The notes under the pieces are model-generated. The model was not told where the DNA came from, ran no database searches, and was given only the letters and a program-made list of their open reading frames with translations. From a virus (Duplodnaviria; Caudoviricetes), in IMG/VR virus record IMGVR_UViG_3300022401_000003, positions 1,250 through 65,249 of that record: 64,000 nt of DNA, one strand, 5' to 3'. Positions 15,946 to 30,900 of this stretch are shown here, one piece after another. Position numbers and translations under genes: made by a program. Each line of letters opens with the position of its first letter. The first letter of the stretch is position 1.

Positions 15946-18900
15946 ATGCCTATATTTGAGTACAACGGAAAGAAGTACAATGTGAAAGACGAACACATTG
16001 ACAGCTTTATGAAAGATTTCCCCGATGCTTCAACCATTATGGAGCGTGAGGGGAAGAAGTATCGTGTTAGGTCGGCTGATTACAGGACGTTTATGTCTGA
16101 ACAACAGAACAGCGAGCCTCAACAGCCCGAACAGCCTGCGGCAGCACCTCCTGCACCCGAAGTGGAAGAGCCTGCAACTCCGACAGGCGAAACGCCGCTC
16201 ACAGAACAGGATAAAATACGTTTCAGCGCAGGTATTGAGCAGATGAAACGCCGTACACGTCAGTCTATGGACGATTTCAACGAACGTATGGCAACAATGC
16301 GTGAGTACCACGAGAACGCACCATTAGGCGGCGGACAGACTGTCGAGGGACGTATGATGTTCAACCCTCAAAGCGGCAAGGTAGAGAAAACCTACATCAC
16401 CCCACTTGGCAACAGGTACACAAGCAAGTGGCTTGCCGATATGGAAAGTTTCAGATACCGACAGGCGGCTGATATGTCCGTCAGTGGGCAGTTGCGCCGT
16501 GCAAGGTTGAAACTCGCAGAATTGCAGGCAAAGCGGAACGAGAGAGCCAGCGAGGTACACGATGAGGCTACGGAGTTCAATAACACCAAACTGACAGGAT
16601 TAGGTCATGCGCTCATCGGAGGTCAGATGTATGTAGGTATGCAACAGAGCGACCCCGAGAAGAATGCTTTGAATGTGGCTATTCGTCAGACAGAGGAACT
16701 TATCAAAGACCTCGAAGAACAGCAAGACCGTGAACAGGGTGAAGATGTTGGCTTTTGGCGTGGCTTCGGTCGTATTGCAGGCGATTTCAGAACGTGGGAC
16801 TTCGGTATGAGCGATTTGAGCGATGCAATGACAATGATGCACGCTGACCAACTTGTAGATGACAATGCGACCGAGGGCGAACGTGAAGCCTACAACGAAA
16901 TGATGGGCGCACTCTACAACAAGGAACAGGCGGAGCAGGCGTATGGCGGCAATGCAAGTTTTTGGAACAGAGCAGGTGTAATGACAGGCTATATGCCGTC
17001 CTTTATGCTTGACTTCGTGATTACAGGCGGTGGTTTCGAGGGTATCAGCCTACTTTCAAAGGGTGGCACAAGAGCCGCCACAAAGGTAATCGGAAGTGAG
17101 GTTGTTGAGGAAATGGCAGAACAAGGCTTCAAGACCTATGTGCGAAACAACGGTGTCAGAGGTTTCGGACAGTATGCAGGTAATTGGACCATTAAGGCAT
17201 TGGGTACAATGGGCGATGACTTGCTCATTCGTGCGCCGCTTATGACCAACACTGTGCAGGTTGGCAAAACAACCTCCGACATCATTGACCGCAAATTGGG
17301 TAATGTTGTCGTAAACGAGGACGGAACATACGATTTCAGCAATGATGAGACTTGGGGCAGTGCCATTTGGCAAGGCGAAGCCAATGCTATCATCGAGAAC
17401 TATTCGGAAATGTTCGGCGCACATCTTGACCCTGTTGTTACATTCGGTAATATGAGCAAACTTGCCAATGTGGTAGGTGCTAAACGTCTCGGTGCTGTGC
17501 TTTCAAAGGCTGATGCAGGTGCTTTGAATGGCATTATGGGACAAACACACCAACTGTTCAACAAAATGGGTGTGAGCGACTATTTTGGCGAGGTTACAGA
17601 GGAATACTATGGTCAGATGTGGCGCACAATGCTCAATCTTGACGATGCCTATCAGCAAAACCCGGACGGAACACGCACCAACCTATTTGCCACAGGACAA
17701 TTCCACGGTGATGTTTGGGGCGGTATGGCTCTTTCTATGGGATTGATGGGTGCAGGTAAGCACACTCTTTCGGCAGCACACTATACCTCAATGAAGCACA
17801 GTGTAAACAAGGCTGATGCACACGCAACAGAATTGCTTGGCAAAGAGGTATGGGAGCCGTTGAGAACATCGCTTGACCTTACCACCAATGAGGATATGGG
17901 CGCAATGGCAGAGGCTATTGTGAACGATAAGGACTTCACAGACGAAGAGAGAGCGGCTGTTCTCACCTATATGGAGCGTTCTATGATGATGAGAGGTTAC
18001 AACCTCGGAACACTCGCACAAAGAAGAGGTGCAGCACAGGATGAGGACGTACAGGCTCTTGATGAAAGTTACATTGACGGTTACAGCATTGAGAGTTCGC
18101 AGGAAATGAACGATGCCAAGAATATGTATGACTATCAACGTCAGAGGGCATTGGCAATCATTGAAGAAGATTTCCTTGCCGACATCGAGAACGACCCTGC
18201 GGCACATTTGGACTACATTCGTAACTCCGAAGATTGGAGTGATGAGGAACGAGGCATTTTGCTTGACTACCTCAACTCAAAGCAGGTGTATGACGGTATG
18301 ATACAGCGTGTGCGTGATGATATTGACGGACGCATCGACCAGAGCAACGCAATGGTAAATGCCCGTACCAACCGCACAACAGGTATGATACAGGGCGCAA
18401 CGATGAAGCAGGACGACCGCCGTGTGTATGTTATCAACGGAAACCTTGTGCAGTATGCAGACGGTAGCGGTATTGACATCGAGGCTTCGGACAACAGTAT
18501 CATTGTTCGTGATGCAGAGACAGGCGCACTTGAACAGGTGTCGCCCGATGCTATATTGAACATTGATGAGGCGTTAGACCCCATAACTGAAATGCAGACT
18601 GCCGCAGATGCTATCCGTCAGCAGTACGCACAGGAGGCAGCCAACAGGATTGATGGTGTTGTTACATTCAATCCGGGCGACACATACACCATTACAGGCG
18701 ATGATGCACAGATACAGGTGCAGATTGTAGCCAATGATGAGGGTATTGTGGATAATGGGGACGGCACTGTAAATGTGTCGGACGGTACAAACGTGTTCCC
18801 CTTGGCCAAGGAGACCATACAGCAACAGGCAGAGGCGGCACAGTTGGCACGTGTGGCGCAGTTCGAGCAGCAGAGAGCTGCCGAGAATGCAGCCTATCAG

Positions 18901-21900
18901 CAGGCTATTGAGGAAGAAAGCAGACCGCAGTATGCCCTCAACGACCTTGTTTCCCTCCGTGATGAGAACGGAAATGCTGTTCGTGGCAACATTACTACCG
19001 ATGCAGATGCAGACGGAAGATATGAGGTTTACACCGAAGCACCTATCAATGGCAAGCGTGTAAACCTGTTCACTCGTGATGAACTCGACAGTATGCTGAT
19101 GGAGCATAACGGAGTGGTAATCGAGCAACCTGCCGAGAATGAGGGTAACAATGGTGGCGAAAATATTCCCGAAAATGGCAACATTGCCCCTCAAAATATT
19201 CCTGCAATGCAGAGAATACCAAAGGATATGCAGGGCAATCCCCTTTATGAGCAGACCGACAGCGATACCGCTTGGGACGCTATCGTTGAGCAGACAGAGG
19301 GCGATGAGGCTATGGCACAAACCGTAGCCGATGGAATGGTTGCCGACAAAGAGGCAGCTTTGAAAAAATTGGAGAAAGCCAAGTCGAAAGGCGGTGCTAC
19401 CATTGCCGAGAAGATTGCTGCCGAGAAAGAACGCAAGGCGGCGATTGATGCGGCACAGCAGGAACTGAACATTTGGAAGAAGATTGCCGGTACTGCCAAC
19501 CGCAGAAGAATGGATGCAGAAGCAGAACGCAGACGTGTTGCCGATGAAGCCGCAGCACTCCGCAAGGCAGAGGAAGAGCGATTGCGTGCTGAACGTGAGG
19601 AAGCAGAGCGCATAGAGCGTGAAGCCCTCAACGGTGTTCCCGATATGGTGGACGATACTCCACAGGACGCACGAGCAAGAGGTTACAGACGTGTCAGTGG
19701 GCATAAGATTGACCGCCAAGAGCCTTTGCAGGCAGTACAGGGTAAAGAGGTTGCAGTACGTTTCAGCGATGATGCCATTGCCAATGGTCGTGTAGCAGTC
19801 ATTGATGCAGCCCAATTACAGCCGAGCCACATTCAAGGTGTGCGCAATCCTCTACACTTCATTGATGAGGCACAGCCGAAAGAGCGTAACGATGAAGCGA
19901 GTGTAATGTCGGCACGTAAGATTGCCGGGAACATTCGCCCCGAGGAGATTACTTCTTCCGTTACCGCCTATACAGGTGCGCCTACCGTGAACGCACGAGG
20001 AGAAGCCATACAGGGCAACAACCGTAGTGATGCGCTCCGTCTTATGTGGGAGAGCCACCAAGACCAGGCAGCGCAGTACAAGCAGTATCTGATTGACCAC
20101 GCAGAGGAATTTGGCTTGAATGCCGATGATGTTGCGGCTATGGAACGTCCTGTACTTGTGAATATGCTTGACGTGGACGATGCAGAGGCTATCACTCTTG
20201 GTCAGTTCGTGGCACAGGACACCGAGAGCGGAGGAACAGAGCGTATCAAGCCGAAGAATGCTTTGCAGAAAATGGGCAACGATATGCGTTCATTCGCCAA
20301 CCTGTTGTTGAAGTCCAACGATGAGGACACATCATTTGCAGGGCTTGTGGACAACAACGGTGTTGAGGTGTTGAAGTGGATGAGCCAAAGAGGTTACATC
20401 ACTCCTACACAGTACAAGAGTGCTTTTGACAGCAAGGGCAACCTTACTGCCGAGGCAAAGAACGATTTGCGAGGTATTATGTATCAGAGCATCTTCAAGG
20501 GCGGCAGCACCCGACTTGAAGAAATGTTCAACGCTATGCCTGCAAAGGCTCAAAAGGCTATCCTTGCAACGGCATTCCGTGATTATGACAGCCCTAATGC
20601 AGACCGTATGATTGAGGAGATACAGAACTCAATCCGTGCGTTCTATGCCCTATCGCAAAGCGAGGACTTTGTAAACGCCAAGACGTTCAAGGATGCACGT
20701 TTGGCAGTAGAGGGTTGGAAAATTCAGTACCAAATTGATGATGTAACAGGCGAAAGTTACCTACCTGCCGAGAATTTCAGTAACTTTGCACTGCTTTTGG
20801 CAACGATGTATAAAGGCGACAACCAAAGCGTCATTCAAGGTACTTTCAACAAACTTTACGACCTTATTCAAGGTACACAAGAACCAAACCTGTTTGAGCA
20901 GCCGGACAACACGCCTCGCACGCTTGCACAGGCTATTTACGAAACATTAAACATTACCTACGATGGACAACAGCGAAGCAATGTATTGGTTGGCGATAGT
21001 TCAGCAAGCCAACGAGGGCAGCAAGGAAGCACAGGAAATGCTGCAACAGGAGAACGAATTGAGAGTGGAGAGCGGACAGCCGACAGTACAGGAAGCATTG
21101 AAGCAGAAAGCACAACAGGCAACGAAGCCGTATATCAACCCCAACCCGAACGAAAAGGACTTGAACAAACTCCTGATGGAGGACGGGAAACAGACGGCAC
21201 AGGAGTGGCTGATGACGCAACCCAAGAAGTATTGGGAGCGAGCAACCGAGGCGATATACGAGTGCTTGAAGAGGGGTTGGACACTTCATACAGGGAATAT
21301 TCAGAGTACAGCGAGAGAACTCGACGCACAACGGAATCCGAAAGGCTGGTAAGCCTTGCCAAACAGCACGGCTTATTCATTCCTGCCGAAGTTACCAAGA
21401 CTTTGACAGGTAAGGTAGCAAAGCGCACAGGCGAGAGTGTTGTTTACATCGACACAGCAGCAGGCAAGGTAACAAAGGTCAAAGACCCGTACGCCAAGGC
21501 TGCAATGAAAAGCGGTGTTCAGCCCGAAGATGCCGCCTTTGAACACCTTGTGCATAATCTCCTGTTCCCCGAAACCGCCTACACATTGGAGGGTATCAGC
21601 GAGGAAATGGGCGATGTTCGCATTGTACTGTCGCAGGACTTCATTCAAAACTACGAACAACCTACAAAGGAACAGATTGCGGAAGCACTTGCCGCACGTG
21701 GATTGTTCCCGGAAGATAACTACTCTTTCGGTAATGAACTTGTGTCTGTAACCGATGTAGAGGGCGATAACGTGTTGTTGGGTGAAGATGGTACGGTGTA
21801 CTTCATTGACCCTATTATCCGTTTCAAAAAGCCGTTGAGAGAGATTTTAGCGGCTCTTGGTGGTGCTGAACAGAAAGCACCTACCATTGGCGAGCAGATA

Positions 21901-24900
21901 CAGGCAGCAGAGGCAGAGGTAAACACCAACCCTACCGAAGCACAGAAAGAGGCAGGCAACTACAAGAAAGGACACGTTCAGATTGGCACATTCAACGTAA
22001 CCATTGAACAGCCGAAAGGCTCTGTACGTAGTGGCGTAGATGCTGACGGCAAGAAATGGGAGACCGAAATGCAGAACACCTACGGCTACATTCGTGGCAC
22101 AGAGGGTGTGGACGGCGACCATATAGACGTGTTCCTGTCTGATGATATTGACGGTTGGGACGGACACAAAGTGTTCGTAGTGGACCAACGTAATGCAGAC
22201 GGCAGCTTCGATGAACATAAGGTTATGCTTGGCTTCAATGACATCAACGATGCCGAAGCAGCCTATATGAGCAACTATGAAGAAGGTTGGCAGGGACTTG
22301 GAGCCATTACAGGCGTTTCCATTGAGGAGTTCGAGAAGTGGATAGCCTCATCACATCGCAAGACCAAAGCATTTGCAGAGTACAAGAGTGTCAAGACCAC
22401 CGAGGGACAGAACGCATCGGCAGACAAGGATTTGCGCCGCAAACTCGCAGACTTCAATGTTGGCGATGTTGTGCGTGATTACTACAATCAGAAGTTGTAC
22501 CGCATCAAAAAACACTCAACCAATGGTGTTTCTACCATTGCAGAACTCGATGCAGAGGGTAACGAGGTGGGTACTACCACAATGAACGCCCACAACAATA
22601 GCCGTTACAGCCTTGCCGAAGCACCTGTAAAGGCAGAGACTCCGACTATATCACAGGATAGTGAGCAAGTCAGCGACCAAGATAACGCACCATACACTAT
22701 CGCTCCGGCACAGTACACCACCAAGAAAGGCAAGGTGCTTGATATGCACCTCGTGAAGTTTGCAGGCACTCTGACGAAAGAACAGCAGAGAGCAGCCAAA
22801 GAACTTGCCAAAGCCGAAAAGGGTTGGTATGACCGTGAGCAGGGTGGATTTATGATGCGTAGCGAAGAAAGCGCAAAGCAGTTGGCGGACACCATTCTGA
22901 ACAATGACGATGCCGTGAGCGATGCACAGCCTGTATCTATGACCGACATTCAAGCGTTGAACAATGGCGATGTGCTGTTTACCGAGCCTCAACAGCCAAA
23001 GGAGCAACCCAAAGACGAAGAGTATCATCCTATTTGGCAATACTCTATCCACATTGATGCAGACGGCTACACTACTATTAGTCGTGATGATGTAAGCAGT
23101 GGTTATCCGATTGGTGATGCTCGTTTCAGATATAGCACAGATAGTCCAGAAGAAATGCTCGACATTCTCCGCAACCCATTGAACGGAATGCAGGAAGCAT
23201 TAGAAGCTGTCGGTGTTACTCTTGAAAACAAGATTAAGACACGTGAACTTGACCGAAAGATTAAGGAAGAGCGCAGACGTGAGTATGAGGCTTTGAGAGC
23301 CAACGGCTACAATGGCTATAAAATTGGCGATGAAGTAATCTATAAGGGCAAGAAAGCAAAGATACACGACCTTGAAGAATATGGCGAACATCGTCCTGTA
23401 CTTGATACAGGGCTTGCACCTGTTATGTATGAGGTTGCAGAATGGAGCGATATTCAAAGCGATACATCGTCTAAAACTATATTCTCATCAGCATTCAAAG
23501 ACCTTGTTAGCGAAGATGGTAAATACAACATCCGTATAACAAAGGTCGATGGAGCAAAGCGTATAGTTACGGCAGACCTTAATACTGCTAATGTCGGTGG
23601 TGAGGGATTAGTTTTGTCTTTTGAAGAAATGACAGACATCCTTAATAGCGGCAATTGGCAGGAGAAGATTGCATCCGAGCCTAAAAACGAGGGGCAGTTC
23701 GGGCTTGTCAGCGATGAACGTATGGCTGAACTTAAAGACAGATTGCGCAAGAAATTGGGCGGACAGATGAACATCGGTATCGACCCCGAAATACTTGCTA
23801 TCGGTTTGGAAATTGCTGTCGGACATCTTGATAGAGGTGTAAAGACCTTTACAGACTTTGCAAAGGTTATGATTTCCGATTTGGGCGATGTTATACGTCC
23901 ATACCTCAAAGCGTTCTACAATGGAGCGAGAGAACTTCCCGAAGTTGTTGAGAATGGTTTGGCTTCCGATATGACCTCATACGATGAAGTGCAGAGTTTC
24001 GATGTTGCCAACTTTGACAAACAAGGCATTGATGCTTTTGCTACTGCTGAAACTGTAACAAGAGAAGCTGAGGTCGCACAGGAAGTTGAGGTCGCACAGG
24101 AACGCATCAAGAAAACACGTTCCGCAAAGAAAGAAACCAAGAAAAAATCCGTAACTTCGCAGGAACAAACAGGAGGTTTGTTCGACGACTTATTTGCTGA
24201 AACCAACAAGGCTGATGCAGAACTGCATCGCCAATTTGCAATGACGGTAAAGGCTGATATGCTTGCGGCTCTTGACAATGGAACAAAACCATACAGAAGC
24301 ATTTTAGACCTACGCAAGCGTGCAAGCGAGTTGGGAATGGAGGTTGATAGTGACGGAAGAACCGACATTTTGTTGCAGGAACTTGTTGAGGACGGATTGG
24401 TTAGAGCCGCACGTGAGGTTATTGGTCGCAAAGGTAGAAACAGTCGTGCATCATACGATTTGATATGCAAACTCTATGAAATGCAACCTACCATTGCCGC
24501 ACGAAGCAGTAACCGTATCAAGATGCAGCAGTACTCCACTCCTCTCCCAATGGCTTGGATAGCCAACCACTTCGCAATGGCAAACAAAGCAGGTGGCAAG
24601 GTATTGGAGCCAACGGCAGGTAACGGGATGTTGGTATTCACAGTTCCTGTTGAGCAAGTTCACGCCAATGAACTTGACGAGACACGATTGGATAATCTGC
24701 GAGAGCAAGGATTTGCAGAGGTAACACAGCAGGATGCAACAGAACCTTTCGAGGGTGGTATGCAGTATGATGTTGTTATTGCCAATCCACCCTTTGGAAA
24801 ACGTGAGGCTGTGGAGTATGACGGAAAGATGATACCCGGACTTGACCCACAGATTACGTTGAACGCTCTTGCAAGTATGAAAGATGATGGCAGAGCAGCC

Positions 24901-27900
24901 ATAATCATTGGTGGAAATATGGAGTATGCAAGCAATGGTGCAATCAAAAGTATGAAACCATTCTTTACTTACTTGTATGACCACTACAATGTGAAAGGTG
25001 TTATTGATATGAGCGGCGGACTGTACGCAAAGCAAGGTACTACGTTCCCTACTCGTATGATACTTATAGATGGTCGCAGAAGCGATGAGGAGCGAGCGCA
25101 GACAGCCGTATATCCTCCTGTGGAGAGTAAGGCTATTCGCAAGGCTGAAAGTTTTGACGACCTGTATGAGATAATTAACGAAGTATTAAACTCTAAGGAA
25201 AAGACAAATGGAACAGAAATATTACGTAGCCGAGAAAGGCAGTTGGCATCTGTCAATAACGAAACATCCGGGAACACTGACGGAGCAGGACATCGTGAAC
25301 AACCTCGAAAGAATGATGATGTTGGAAGCAGAAGAAAACCAACAAAAGAGCATTCGGACGGAAGCGAACAGGTTTTACCAAGAGAACGTAGAACGAATAA
25401 TGCAGATGGTGAAACCCGGGCAGAAACTCCAAGAGATAACGCAGGAGGAAGCAGAAGTGTATCTGACACTGACATTCAGCGAGTGGGAACAGAGCGAGTT
25501 TCCACAAACGGAGTGGGATTAAAGCAGACTCCAACCGAACACAAGAAACGTACTCTTACAGATGAAAAGAGTGCGTATCGTCCTCATAACAGTGCATTTT
25601 CACTTAACAGCGTTGCCCCTGCTGCAATGGTCGAGGCAATGGACAATGTGCTAACTCAAATTGAAGCACAGCACGGTAGCATTGACGAATTTATCAGAAC
25701 TGAACTCGGATATGACACCGTTGAGGAAGCACACCAGGCACTTGCCGCAGAACAGATGGATAGTGTTGCTATGGCTATCTATCAGATGAAGCAAGGACAA
25801 GCACTCATTATCGGCGACCAAACAGGTGTTGGTAAGGGTCGCCAAATGGCAGCACTTATTCGTTGGGCAGTTCAACGAGGTGAGAAACCTGTATTCATCA
25901 CACAGAAAGCAGACCTATTCTCCGATATTTACCGAGACTTGGTAGATGTTGGAAGTGGAGACCTTGTGCCGTTTATTTTCAACTCTGACGGTGCAATGGT
26001 TGATAGCAAAGGTAATACAGTACACAAACCTCTATCTTCCACTGAAATGGCAAAAGTATTTGCATCGGGAACATTGCCCGATGAATATGACTTCGCAGTG
26101 CTCACCTATTCACAGGTAAATACAGGCGATGCTGTCAGTCAGCAGGAAATGGAAGAAGCTGCCAAAAAGAGCGGCGCACGTACCAAGAAAAGCAAGAACG
26201 TAAAGAATGGCAAGGCTACACCAAAGGCTACATTCTTACGTGCCATTGCAGAGGATAATTATCTGTTCCTTGATGAAAGCCACACGGCAGCAGGTTCAAG
26301 CAATACAGGCGCATATCTCCAAAGCATTCTACGCACCGCAAAAGCAGCCACATTTGCAAGTGCTACATTCGCAAAGCGTCCCGACACAATGCCTTTGTAT
26401 GCAATTCGCACAGCGATGAGCCAAGCAAAGGTTGAGCCAGATAAAATGATTAGTATCATTGAAAAAGGCGGTGTAACTCTGCAAGAGATTATGAGCCGTG
26501 AATTGACTAATGCAGGGCAAATGGTACGCAGGGAGCGAGATATGAGCGATGTTATTACCGATTGGAAAACAATTACAGACCCCGAAACCGTTAGACGTGC
26601 AAGAGAGAACTACGACCGTACCATAGCGGCATTCAATGCCATCATCAAGTTCCAAGAGGACTACGTAAAGCCGATGATTGAAGCGTTGGATATGGAACTC
26701 GCAGTTATGGCAGAGAGCGCAGGTGTGAAGCGAGGCACAGATAAAATGGGCGTTGAGAACGTGCCATTTGCAAGCAAGACCTACAACTACACCAAGCAGC
26801 TTATGCTTGCCCTCAAAGTTGATGCTATTGCAGATGAGGTGGAAGCCGAAATCAATGCAGGTCGCCACCCTGTTATTGCGTTGGAAAGCACAATGGAGAG
26901 CAGCATTAAGGACTATGCCGCAGGCGAAATCATTGATGAGCCTACATTCAGTGCAAGCCTACTGAAAGGACTTGACACCGTTATGCAGTACACCGTAAAA
27001 GATGAGGACGGTAACGAACGCCACGAGCGATATTCTCCACAGGCATTAGGTCCAGCAGGAGAAAAGGCATATTACGAGTTGCAGGACTTCATTCGTGAGA
27101 GTACAAGCGACATCTTTATCAGTCCACTTGATGCCATTATCGAGCGTCTGCACGAGAAAGGATACAAAGTAGGTGAACTGACAGGACGTAATATGTATGT
27201 TGAGCGCAACGATGACGGACGTGTCGTTGTCAAGCGTAGAACCGACAAGGACAAAAAGAGAATGCAGCGAGAGTTTAACAGTGGTGTCCTTGATGTTCTT
27301 ATCCTCAACAAGTCTGCATCAACAGGTATCAGTCTGCACGCATCAGAGAAATTCAGCGACCAACGTCAGCGTTCAATGATTATTGCACAGCCATTGAGCG
27401 ACATCAACGACTATATGCAGATGATTGGACGTATAGACCGCACAGGACAGGTGCATAGAGGTTACTACATCAACCTCGGTCTGCCTGTTCCTGCCGAAAA
27501 CCGTTTCTTGATGATGCTTTCTACCAAGTTAAAGTCTTTGAACGCTAATACCACGACCTCACAGGATAGTGAAAGCAACGATGTAGAAGCACCTGACTTG
27601 CTCAATAAATACGGTAGCCAAGTTGTTGTAGAGTATCTACGAGATAATGTGGAAATCTATGAGAAAATGGGTACACCTTTGAAGAAAGGCGGACTTGGAG
27701 GCGGTCGTGTGCAAGCAAGCGAACTTGATGAGTACAAGCCACAGGAAGATGATGCACGAAAAGTTACGGGATACGTAGCCCTTTTGACCACAAAGGAGCA
27801 AGAGGAGTTTTACGATGATGTGGTAAGACGTTACAATGAATTGATTAAGTACCTCAACGATACAGGTAGCAACGATTTGAAGATTAACGTAATGCCACTT

Positions 27901-30900
27901 CGTGCCAAGACGATAGAGAGACGTGTATCATCAGAAGGCATTGACCCGAACGGCAGTAATCCTTTTGCACGCAATTCCTTTGTGGAAAAGGTGGAAATGG
28001 ACGTATTGAGAAAGCCGATGAAAGCCGATGAAATACGCAAGGTTATTGAGCAGATAAACCGAGGTGTTGCCCCAGCTGAATACTTGGAAAGTGTCATCGA
28101 GATAATCCGTAAAGAGGACGAAGCGAGAATTGCCGCAGAGGAAGAACGTTACGAGAAAGCAAAAGCGAAAGCCGTAGAGGATATTGCCAAGCAGACAGAC
28201 AAAATCAACGGACAGAAGAAACGTAGCGAAGAGGAAAAGCGTGTTGCCATAGAAAACTTTATCGCAGAGACTAACGAAAAGGTTGAAGCGAAGCACAATG
28301 ACAATATTCTACGCCTCAACCAAAGCAGCGACCAGATGATGCACCGCTTGAGAATGTTTGAAGTTGGCAAGTCTTATCTTGTGCCGGATAACCTTGAGTC
28401 GATGATTTTTGACTTTGCCACTCCTGCTATTTTCTGTGGATACAAAACAAAGGACAGCAAAATTACAGCCTCAACAACACTTGCGGTATTTGCTACCCTT
28501 GACGGTCGCAGACGCATTGAAATCAAACTGTCGCAAATTGATGCGTTGCGAAGCATTGACAAGATGACCAATGACAATTGGGATGCTGCACGTGCCACTA
28601 CGCTTGATAATTGGGATAGTCAGATACCAAGTGAGACACGAAAGACAGGTTTCATTATGACAGGAAATATCTTGCAGGCTATCGCCGATACACAAGATGA
28701 ATACGGAGGCTATCCGGGACAGCTCATTAGTTATACTGATATTGACGGTAATGTTCACGATGGTATCTTAATGCCCGACAAATGGAATGCATCAATGCTC
28801 AAAACAAGCGGTGCGCCATTGAGTAGTCGTTTGCAACAGATAAAAGACTATACGCCTATAACAAGCCACGATGGAAAGGTTGAAATTATGGGTAGCAGTT
28901 GGGCAAAGATGTTCTACCTCACTGTTCCTAAGACAAAGAAAGATGGTGCTGTTTACTATGAAAACAAGACCTTGCTACGTGCCGCAGGTGGAAACTTCTA
29001 CCCTTATCGTGGAAAGTTGCGTGCGGATATTCCCGAGGAACGTATAACAGAGGTTGTTAAGGAACTTACCAAATTGGGCGTAAAAGTCAAGGAGGAACAC
29101 CATAGTGATGATGCCTTAAATCGTGAGGGTGTCGGCTCATATACTGATGATGAGTTGGCTTTGGAGAGCGACCCTGTTTCAAAGCCAAGAGGAACGAGAA
29201 AGCAGCGCAGGGAGTTTGCACAGCGTGAACGTCAGAGAATGGCAGAACGTGTGGAACGCCTTGCAAAGAAACTGCATCTTGATAATGTTGAGGTCGTAAC
29301 TGATGCAAGTACATTGGAGGGCAAGAAACAGCGTGCAAAGGGTTTCTACACAAAGAGTACAGGCAAGATAACTATTGTTATCCCTAACCATTCAACTGCT
29401 TTTGACGTTGAACAGACTTTGCTCCACGAGGCAGTTGCCCACTATGGATTACGTCAGTTGTTCGGAGAGCATTTTGAAACATTCCTCGACAATGTATTCA
29501 ACAATGCAGATGAGGCTATCCGTCAGCGTATCGTTGCCCTTGCTGCAAAGAACGGCTGGGATTTCCACAAGGCTACGGAAGAATATCTTGCTATGCTTGC
29601 AGAGAACACCGAATTTGAGAACACCAATGCAAGTTGGTGGAGGCAGATTAAGGATTTCTTCTTGAATATGCTTCACAAGATAGGTTTTGAGGATTTCAGA
29701 GGAGTTACTCTGACTGATAACGAACTTCGCTATATCTTGTGGCGCAGTTATGAAAACCTTGCAGAGCCGGGCAGATACCGTAGCATATTGGGCGAAGCTG
29801 CTGATGTGGCTAAACAATACGAGTTGGGTGTTGGTAACTATTCAGATACCAACCTCAACCCGAATTTCGCCGCCGAAAGCGATGATGACCTCTATCGTGA
29901 TGGAGACCCCAAAATACACGAAAGGGAATTGGCACGAGACCGTTATGAAAGACGTGTCAAGACAGGTATGTTCCAATCACAGGAGGCATTGCAGGATAGT
30001 ATGCTCGGACTGAAAGAAGCAATGCAGGCTATCCTTGGCCAAGGAACAAACATTGAAGATGTGGACGGCTTCGAGAATGCTTATTTGGGCGAAAACCGCC
30101 TGTCGAGTGTGAACAAAGCCGAAGCAGATGCTTTCGCACAGACATTGTTCAAGCCAATGCTTGATGAGGTTGCCAAACTTTCCCGAAATGAGGCAGAGCG
30201 TGAGGAACTGACCGATTATATGATGGCTAAACACGGACTTGAACGTAATGCGTATATGCGTAATGAGGCTATCAATAACGGTGCTACTGATGCAGACCAA
30301 ACCGACTATGCAGGTTTAACAGCCTTAACAGGTATGGACGATGTTGCCGATGCCGAAGCGGAAGCACAGCGCATTGTTGATGATTACGAACAGGCACACG
30401 ACACAACTGACCTTTGGGAGAAAGTCAATGCCGTAAGCAAGGCTATTCTTCAAAAGTCATACGATTGTGGAATGATGAGCAAAGAGACATTCGATAAAGT
30501 TTCGGCTATGTACGAGTTCTATATCCCATTACGTGGCTTTGACGAAAAGACAAGTGCAGAGGCATACGCTTACCTGTCGCATAAACATAGTGCTTTCAAT
30601 GCTCCTATCAAGAAAGCAGAGGGACGTAGGTCAAAAGCCGATGACCCATTTGCCAACCTGCAATCTATGGCAGAGGGTGCGATAATGCAGGGCAACAGAA
30701 ACAAGTTGGTGAAACAGCGTTTCTTGAACTTTGCCCTCAACCACCCGAGCGACCTTGTGAGCGTTAGCGACATCTGGGTAGAATATGATGCAGTAACCGA
30801 TGAATGGAAACCTGTATTCCCGGACAACATCGAGAGTACAGACACCCCCGAAGAGGTTGAGCAGAAGATGCAGGACTTTGAGACAAAGATGGAGTCATTG

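Noticed and set aside
18574-19815. Long antisense ORFs (also 33573-34700, 31309-32271, 47827-48777, 48787-49830)
   Set aside because: They lie opposite well-supported genes, have shadow-like composition (C/L/F/V-rich, no motifs) and reflect codon bias on the coding strand.
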